Below are positions 1-5,853 of a DNA stretch of 5,853 nt, one piece after another. A program made the translations under genes and the position numbers. Numbering within the stretch: position 1 is the first letter of the stretch; each line of letters begins with the position of its first letter. The stretch comes from Octopus sinensis. Taxonomy: Eukaryota. The notes below the pieces were generated by a model. It was not told the origin of the DNA. It did not search any database and saw only the letters and a list, made by a program, of their open reading frames with translations. The stretch covers positions 1-5,853 of the forward strand of contig NW_021829459.1 of assembly GCF_006345805.1 (NCBI RefSeq), given 5' to 3'.

Positions 1-429
1 ACATACACAAGGAAAATCATAAGATGAAAAGACAGGAGATTTGTCTTACGAGACTAAAGAATATATTTAAGTCGTCATGGCGAAAGTATTATACAATATT
101 ATAAAAAATAAGATTTTTTTTCCTCTAACAAAATGACCGAGTTCGCAGAAGCTTTTCAAATTTTGAGTGTTTGATGCAATTCGAAATGAGAAATTTTGTT
201 CGTTAGGGGTGATAATTGGTAACCAAGTTGTTTTGCAGTAAATCTGTAATTATTAATATGGATTTATATTCAGTTCTGGCTTATAGCTTTCGATAGATGA
301 GGCTTCTTTATTTGGTCTCATTTATGTTGAGGTCCAAATAGTACATTGATATAACGGGAAGATTAGGAATTGTGGTTCCAGTTGTTCCGCAATGTGTTCA
401 CTGAGATGTATCTGGCGATATTATGGGCG

Positions 430-486
430 ATGTATATGTATATGTGTGTGTGTGTGTGTGTGTGTGCGTGCGTGCGCGCGTGTGTG
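430..486. repeat. Compound (TA)/(TG)n/(TGCG)n microsatellite
   Basis: Directly visible: atgtatatgtatatgtgtgtg...gtgcgtgcgtgcgcgcgtgtgtg, an alternating purine-pyrimidine tract. Confidence 0.95.
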
Positions 487-509
487 AGGTGTAATCGAGA
501 AGTAATGAA

Positions 510-769
510 ACTCTTATACTATTTACTCTTTTACTTGTTTAGTTATTTGATTGCGGCCATGCTGGAGCATCACATTTAGTTGAGCAAATCGATCCAGGAC
601 TTATTCGTTGTAAGCATAGTACTTATTCTATCGGTCTCTTTAGCCGAACCTCTAAGTTACGGAGAGGTAAACACACGAGTATCGGTTGTCAAGCAATGTT
701 GGAGAGACAAACACAGACACACAAACATATATACACACTTACACACAACGACGGGCTTCTTTCAGTTTC
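510..769 (-). mobile_element. 3' half of a tRNA-derived CORE-type SINE (octopus OR-like family), 5'-truncated
   Basis: Shares AACACAGACACA, a (CA/TA) tract and ACGACG(G/T)GCTTCT(T/A)TCAGTTTC with the copy at 3375-3681. On the minus strand it ends in a degenerate tandem tail (caagtaaaagagtaaatagtataagagt). The family name is from recollection of octopus SINE consensus, not from a search. Confidence 0.8.
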
Positions 770-846
770 AGTTTCTTTGATTTACTAACACAAATCAAAG
801 AACAAGAGGGCAAAAGATTAAAAAGTCATTTCCTGAATAATCTTTG

Positions 847-898
847 AAAGCGTTGCTCCAGCATGGACTTAGTTAAATGGCGGAATCTACTGAAATAG
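847..898 (+). mobile_element. Degraded 3'-end fragment of the same CORE-type SINE, opposite orientation
   Basis: TGCTCCAGCATGG (854-866) is the exact reverse complement of CCATGCTGGAGCA (557-569). Weaker similarity continues on both sides. Confidence 0.6.
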
Positions 899-1044
899 TG
901 TTTCCATTTTGGAATAAGTTAAAAGTAATGACCTCACCCTCTATAACAGCCTTGGCAGACATATTAAACATGATGAGATGCTTTTGTTAGGATTTCAGTT
1001 ATTTACAGATTTTTATCTAACATTTTACAGATGACCTTTACCAG

Positions 1045-1106
<62 letters not shown>

Positions 1107-1121
1107 TACTATTACTATTAC

Positions 1122-1155
<34 letters not shown>
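1045..1155. repeat. (ATT)n microsatellite with ACT interruptions, followed by a degenerate (GTT) tract
   Basis: About 37 trinucleotide units are directly visible. This tract produces the poly-Leu ORF 1031..1300. Confidence 0.97.
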
Positions 1156-1236
1156 TGCTGTTGTTGTTTCGTTGTTGCAGTTATTGATGCTTTTGATATT
1201 ATTTACCCTTAATGTTACATATACAACAGAATGCGT

Positions 1237-1726
1237 GCTCTCTTTCTCTCTCTGGGCTCCCTCATTCTCTCTCTTTCTCTCTCGCTTTCTTTCTCTCTAA
1301 ATATATACACACACACTCACACACACGCCCATCCACACACACACACACACACAAACACACATACACACGTCCAAACGCATGCATACGGATATTTGGATAC
1401 ATATACATTAAAATAACGAGCGCACACACATACACAGATTATGTGCACGTATATTGTGTGCGTCTTTCCATGCGTATGTGTGTATGTATGATAGATATAT
1501 AAATATATATATATATGTGTGTGTGTGTGTATGTATGACAGATATATATATATATATATATAGAGGAGAGAGAGAGAAGAGTGAGAGAAGAGAGAGAGAG
1601 AATTCCGTTGTACATTAAGAGTGTATATAATGTAGACACACACACAAACACATATATATATATAAAATATATATAAGTGTGTATATAGAAAACATAAGTA
1701 ATTAAAGATATATATATGTATGTCTT

Positions 1727-1763
<37 letters not shown>

Positions 1764-1795
1764 TTATACAAACACATATACGTATATACACGCAC
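1237..1795. repeat. Compound microsatellite block: (CT)n, (CA)n, (TA)n, (GT)n, (GA)n, (TA)n
   Basis: Directly visible dinucleotide tracts: CT ~1237-1298, CA ~1306-1368, GT ~1516-1530, GA ~1562-1600, TA ~1728-1762. Confidence 0.95.
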
Positions 1796-2114
1796 AAATA
1801 TTTTCTTAAATCAAAACAGGATTATAAATTTCTAAATTGACAGTACAATGTACAACAGACATATAAACATTTGTAATGGTCATTTTCATAGAAACTCACA
1901 AATCTTAACTTAAAACGTTGAGAATTAAATGTCAAATTTAGAAATGTCTGCCGAACAATCCATTCTTTAAATTCAAAAGGTTTTTCCCATCTTCTGCTAT
2001 TTTGAGAGGAAAGTATTCATATTTTAAATACAGCTAGAATTGTTATGGCCGTTGTTGGCGTCATTACTGGTATTCTTGTTTCCGAGCTCACGGTCTAGCC
2101 CGATCGAGTAAGCC

Positions 2115-2115
<1 letters not shown>

Positions 2116-2145
<30 letters not shown>

Positions 2146-2181
2146 CATACATACATACATACATACATACATACATACATA
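2116..2181. repeat. (TACA)n tetranucleotide microsatellite, perfect, about 16.5 units
   Basis: Directly visible uninterrupted tacatacataca run. Confidence 0.97.
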
Positions 2182-2185
2182 GGAG

Positions 2186-2218
2186 TACTCCGTCGGTTAC
2201 GACGACGAGGGTCCCAGC
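2186..2218 (-). mobile_element. Short 3'-terminal fragment of a SINE/LINE (stem-loop tail), abutting the (TACA)n tract
   Basis: GC-rich island with stem-loop CGTCG-GTTA-CGACG (2191-2204). It resembles 2493-2523 in this window and an octopus SINE 3' end as I recall it. Confidence 0.5.
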
Positions 2219-2488
2219 TTATATATTACTTTCTTCTGTGGTGCTCGTATTGCCTTTCTGAATGCAACATATTACAATCAGATGTACTAGTAACCGTAAT
2301 TATCCTACCTTACTCATCAGTTATTCAGGATTAAATATTCGAATGTGTCCTTATGTTATTCTCAGAAAATCTAAGAGAACTAGATATAATTTGACTGAGA
2401 TTTGGTAGGCAGGTTTAGTGAGCACCTTGAGACATTATTGTTGGTTCCTGCAGTCATTGTGTTTATTCTTTTATTCCAAACCAGTCAT

Positions 2489-2578
2489 CGGGACACCCTT
2501 CGGTCACGACACTGACCGTGGGATTACGCCTAGAAAGTTACCCTCCTAGGCACAAGTCCGGGCAAGGTTGTTTAATGG
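2489..2578 (-). mobile_element. 3'-terminal fragment of a related SINE/LINE
   Basis: GC-rich island in AT-rich DNA with two hairpins: CGGTCA-cgacac-TGACCG (2501-2518) and GCCTAG-N12-CTAGGC (2528-2551). Its start aligns with the 2186-2218 fragment. Orientation and family are from recollection. Confidence 0.5.
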
Positions 2579-3316
2579 GGTAAAATTATGATGAAATGAA
2601 ATTCATGCGTGACCATCTTTTTCTTATGTACGAAGGTTTTCATGTTTCCATTTTTTAAGACGGTAGCGTATTGTTGTTGTTTGTTTTCTATCACGTTGGA
2701 CTATTTGTTTTTTCACGGAGAGAGTATCGTAAACGAAAGGGAGCTCTACTACCAGGAGACAACAATACAAAGCAGTTTCGATTCACCGGCTTGAAACCGC
2801 TTCACTAATTGGATTTTTAATTTTTAAAGACCAAACCGGTTTCACTAATTTTATGATTTTCAAACTCACATACACACTCACACACACATTCACAGACACA
2901 TACGTACATTATTTTATTTCTGCAAATTTTATAGCCCATTATTCCAACCTTAGTTGTTTATATGTTATTATTTTATGTATCTCACAGAGAAGATAGAAAT
3001 AAAATGGAACTGATATCGGGACCAAAAAAGGAATAATTAAATAAATAAATCCACTGCTACATGTAAAAAAATATAGAAACATAAATAGCAACAAACGCAT
3101 AAATAGAATCGGTTAATGATGAAAATGGCAATGAAACGTGCAACATAGGTACTGCAGAAAGGACCGCTATATTAATAACAGATAATATATTAAACAATAG
3201 AGATCAAATAGTTAGAACATATCCAAACACACACACAAAAATCCGCTGAAATTCATTTGAAGTACAACCAGGTTCAGTCATGTCCCTTAAATGCATCAGA
3301 TAACTCTGCAAAGCTA

Positions 3317-3367
3317 TTTTTTTAATTCTTTAATTTTTTTAATACTTTTTAATTTTTTTAATTCTTT
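3317..3367. repeat. Imperfect T-rich tandem repeat (TnAAT units)
   Basis: Five units of T-run + AAT(TC/AC) are visible. Confidence 0.6.
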
Positions 3368-3374
3368 GACTACG

Positions 3375-3681
3375 GCGATGGAGGGTGGGTGACTAACACA
3401 GACACAATGAAACGCACACATAAATACACACACACACACACCACACGCACACGCACGCACGCACGCTCACACACATACACACACACACGCGCGCGCACAC
3501 ACACAAATATATATATACACGACGTGCTTCTATCAGTTTCCGTCTACCAAATCCACTCAAAAGGCTTTAGTTGACTCGAAACTATAGTAGAAGACATTTG
3601 TTCAAAGTGTCACACAGTAGGACTGAACTCAGGACCATGTGGTTGGAAAACAAGGTTCCTACCACACAGCCATGCCTGCGC
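3375..3681 (-). mobile_element. 5' portion of a tRNA-derived CORE-type SINE (octopus OR-like) with an internal (CA)/(CACG) microsatellite
   Basis: The minus strand starts GCGCAGGCATGGCTGTGTGGTAGG (Pol III box A-like TGGCTGTGTGG) and has box B-like GAGTTCAGTCC. A CORE-like segment follows (TGTGTGACACTTTGAACAAATGTCTT). It overlaps in sequence with the 510-769 copy. Confidence 0.82.
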
Positions 3682-3738
3682 ATATATATATAAACACACA
3701 CACACACACGCACACACACACATACACACACACACACA
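3682..3738. repeat. (TA)n(CA)n microsatellite
   Basis: Directly visible. It continues on the far side of the SINE at 3970-4018. Confidence 0.9.
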
Positions 3739-3967
3739 TTTTTTTACTACTCACAGGGGGCTAAACACAGAGGGGACAAACAAAGACAGACAAACGGATA
3801 AAGTCGATTACATCAACCCCAGTGCGTAACAGGTACTTAATTTATCGACCCCGAAAGGATGAAAGGCAAAGTCGAACTCTGCGGCATTTGAACTCAGAAC
3901 GTAATGGCAGACGAAATACGGCTACGCATTTCGCCCGGCGTGCTAACGTTTCTGCCAGCTCGCCGCC
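3739..3967 (-). mobile_element. Full-length ~230-bp tRNA-headed SINE (copy A; central domain resembles the Meta/MESC domain)
   Basis: The reverse complement aligns end to end with 4702-4931 and 5244-5474. It has a GGCGGCGAGCTGGCAGAA head, box B-like GAGTTCAAAT, the central GACTTTGCCTTTCATCCTTTCGGGGTCGATAAA and an A-rich end. It is inserted in a (CA)n tract, so the TSD cannot be resolved. Confidence 0.92.
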
Positions 3968-3969
<2 letters not shown>

Positions 3970-4015
<46 letters not shown>

Positions 4016-4018
4016 CAC
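3970..4018. repeat. (CA)n(TA)n microsatellite
   Basis: Directly visible. Confidence 0.92.
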
Positions 4019-4504
4019 CAGGCGCGAGGCGTCCATGTTTGCAACACATATATTGCAGGCCTTCTTTTCTAGGATAGATAATTTTTTGTTTAATGTAAAA
4101 TTATGGATAATTTTAACTTTCCTTTATTTTCTCGTGAATTATTTTTTCACTTCCTGCTGGGTAGTGGTAGCATGAATGAATTATGACTAATGACCTCTGA
4201 AGAAACACAGCACACAGAAAAAAAAAAAAAAAACATTTGTTTCTGACTCTAAAAGTGAACGGTTGTATAAATAGAATGAATTGAATTGGTCAGCAACCGT
4301 TATTAAAAGAAATGACATTGTAGGACCGCTACAGAAAATAAATACACTTGCATGCCTTTGGGGAATTGAAAAGACAGACAACTTGTCCGCTGTTTTCTAG
4401 GGAATGGAGAGAGAAAAAAATAAGTAGGTCAAAACGGCGAGTAAAGCAATTCTTTTTCCTGCTTAGTTTCTTAACTTTTCTTAACTGCCTATTTAGGGGT
4501 CAAT

Positions 4505-4631
4505 AGGATCCCGGGGCCGCAATGTGCGTTCGAGGTGTCGATGTTCACTGAGTCCTGCAATTCGCATCAGTTCACGCGGATAGCCGCGCTCTTCATCGAC
4601 GGACGAGCCGAGTGATCCCCCGTCCAGGGTT
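4505..4631 (-). rRNA. 5.8S rRNA: 5.8S rRNA copy, 3'-truncated (about 127 nt), isolated from any rDNA unit; probable (retro)pseudogene
   Basis: The minus strand reads AACCCTGGACGGGGGATCACTCGGCTCGTCCGTCGATGAAGAGCGCGGCTATCCGCGTGAACTGATGCGAATTGCAGGACTCAGTGAACATCGACACCTCGAACGCACATTGCGGCCCCGGGATCC. It contains the conserved 5.8S motifs GGATCACTCGGCTCG, CGATGAAGA, GAATTGCAGGA and TCGAACGCAC. It stops in the loop of the GC-rich hairpin, so roughly the last 30 nt are missing, and no ITS2, 28S or 18S is adjacent. Confidence 0.95.
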
Positions 4632-4701
4632 TCGGTAATATTTGCTACTACTACGCGCTAGACGTACGGGGTCAAAAGTCACCCCTATTTAGGGGTCAAA
4701 A

Positions 4702-4931
4702 GGCGGCGAGCTTGGCAGAATCGTTAGCACGACGGGCGAAATGTTCAGCGGTATTTCGTCTGCCGCTACGTTCTGATTTCAAATTCCGCCGAGGTCGACT
4801 TTGCCTTTCATCCTTTCGGGGTCGATTAAATAAGCACCAGTTATCGACTGGGGTCGATATAATCGACTTAATCCGTTTGTCTCTCCTTGTTTGTCCCTTC
4901 TGTGTTTAGCCCCTTGTGGGTAGTAAAGAAA
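4702..4931 (+). mobile_element. Full-length ~230-bp tRNA-headed SINE (copy B) with 12-13 bp target-site duplication
   Basis: Aligns with copies A and C. It is flanked by TAGGGGTCAAAA(G) at 4690-4701/2 and 4932-4943/4. Box B carries a substitution (GATTTCAAAT). Confidence 0.93.
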
Positions 4932-5243
4932 TAGGGGTCAAAAGTCACAACACTACCTCGAGGAATTTAATCATGTGACCACCTCCCAGAATTCATTAGC
5001 TGCGCAAAGGATCTAGCAGCGAATTTGATTTTGAGTGGTTAAAAGGTAACGTTTTTATCTATTTATCTATTTATTAATACCAATGCTTTGAAATTTAATT
5101 CTAAATATTTAAAATTATTTTCAAGAAATTCAGACAAACAAGCAAACAAGAGCCTAATTTTGTTGTTAGATTCATTGCAAGATTTTTGTTGATTCATCGA
5201 AAACAAAATTAATACTCAGTAACATTCCAGTTTTTATTTACCA

Positions 5244-5658
5244 GGCGGCGAGCTGGCAGAAACGTTAGCGCGCCGGCCGAAATGCTTAGCGGTATTTCGT
5301 CTGACGTTACGTTCTGAGTTCAAATTCCGCCGTGGTAGACTTTGCCTTTCATCCTTTCGGGGTCGATTAAATAAGTACCAGTAACCCACTGGGGTCGATG
5401 TAATCGACTTAATCCGTTTGTCTGTCCTTGTTTGTCCCCTCTGTGTTTAGCCCCTTGTGGGTAATAAAGAAATAGGTATTTCGTCTGACGTTACGTTCTG
5501 AGTTCAAATTCCGCCGTGGTAGACTTTGCCTTTCATCCTTTCGGGGTCGATAAATACAGTACCAGTTGCGCACTGGGGTCGATGTAATCGACTTAATCCG
5601 TTTGTCTGTCTTTGTTTGTCCCCTCTATGTTTAGCCCCTTGTGGATAGTAAAGAAATA
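5244..5658 (+). mobile_element. Tandem 1.8-mer of the same SINE: full unit 5244-5474 plus head-less unit 5475-5658
   Basis: 184-bp period repeat (5291-5474 vs 5475-5658). The whole structure is flanked by an 8-bp direct repeat TATTTACC (5235-5242, 5659-5666). Confidence 0.93.
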
Positions 5659-5672
5659 TATTTACCCACAAA

Positions 5673-5853
5673 ATGGCAAAAGAGTCAGTTAATTCAGTTT
5701 CCTTACTACTTTCACAACCTTTTGCAAGAAGCTTGGAAGAGAAAAAAGAGATGATTTTTCTTGGAAGAGAGAAACCAAAGCTTGAATTGAAAACCAAAAC
5801 TACAGCGGGTAGCAAGGAATGTGATCATTACTTGATTCAAATTATTACCAGGA
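5673..5853 (+). pseudogene. Probable N-terminus of a decayed hAT-family (TTF zinc finger / ZMYM1-like) transposase, running off the window
   Basis: ATG at 5673 (AAAATGG context) opens a stop-free 60-codon frame: MAKESVNSVSLLLSQPFARSLEEKKEMIFLGREKPKLELKTKTTAGSKECDHY... The pattern NSV..LL..PF..RS/TLEEK..I..LG...P.L resembles, from memory, the leader of ZMYM1-like hAT transposases. A 1-nt shift near 5832 would give (F)DSNYYQ, similar to the F-x3-WY motif that precedes the TTF finger. Confidence 0.55.

Noticed and set aside
1010-1045. Branch point (CTAAC) and acceptor (TTTTACAG) before ATG 1031
   Set aside because: The branch-to-AG distance is very short, the sequence leads directly into (ATT)n, and there is no supporting exon or donor site.
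1031-1795. ORFs with poly-Leu, HT, YI or CV repeats (also 370..579 and 3389..3574)
   Set aside because: They are translations of microsatellites and carry no domain-like sequence.
2609-2794. 61-aa ORF as a coding exon
   Set aside because: It has a GTG start, a T-rich low-complexity first half and no recognisable motif.
3610-3681. tRNA gene (also the SINE heads at 3967, 4702 and 5244)
   Set aside because: Box A/B-like motifs are present, but there is no complete cloverleaf or acceptor stem and the sequence continues into SINE bodies.
510-3681. One CORE-type SINE split in two by a large insertion
   Set aside because: The two pieces overlap by roughly 80-100 nt of diverged homologous sequence, so they are better read as independent partial copies.
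4505-4631. Functional rDNA unit
   Set aside because: The 5.8S 3' end is missing, no 18S, ITS2 or 28S is adjacent, and the flanks are target-like repeats.
4488-4948. CRISPR-like repeat-spacer array
   Set aside because: The repeats are partial and of unequal length, the intervals are very irregular, the context is eukaryotic and there are no cas genes. Target duplications explain the pattern.
5244-5658. Retrozyme or hammerhead ribozyme in the tandem SINE units
   Set aside because: I could not find a CTGANGA...GAAA core with flanking helices by eye. A covariance-model search would be needed to exclude other ribozymes.
3822-5815. Mutually similar ORFs 3842..4036, 4712..4909, 3822..4175 and 5504..5815 as a small gene family
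   Set aside because: The similarity comes from the shared SINE sequence, and the frames and ends are not conserved.

Overview
AT-rich, microsatellite-dense eukaryotic non-coding DNA. The SINE families resemble, from my recollection only, those of octopus (coleoid cephalopod) genomes. I see no intact host gene, and the listed ORFs are artefacts of microsatellites or SINEs. The window holds two tRNA-headed SINE families: a ~230-bp family with one minus copy, one plus copy and one tandem 1.8-mer, and a CORE-type family present as partial copies. It also has short SINE-tail-like fragments and, at the right edge, the start of a probable decayed hAT (TTF-zinc-finger/ZMYM1-like) transposase. The most unusual structure is at 4488-4948. 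There an isolated, 3'-truncated 5.8S rRNA copy on the minus strand (with about 36 nt of possible ITS1) and an oppositely oriented SINE are embedded in four copies of the same target motif GGGGTCAA. This suggests either a twin-priming-like capture of pre-rRNA or repeated targeting of one site.
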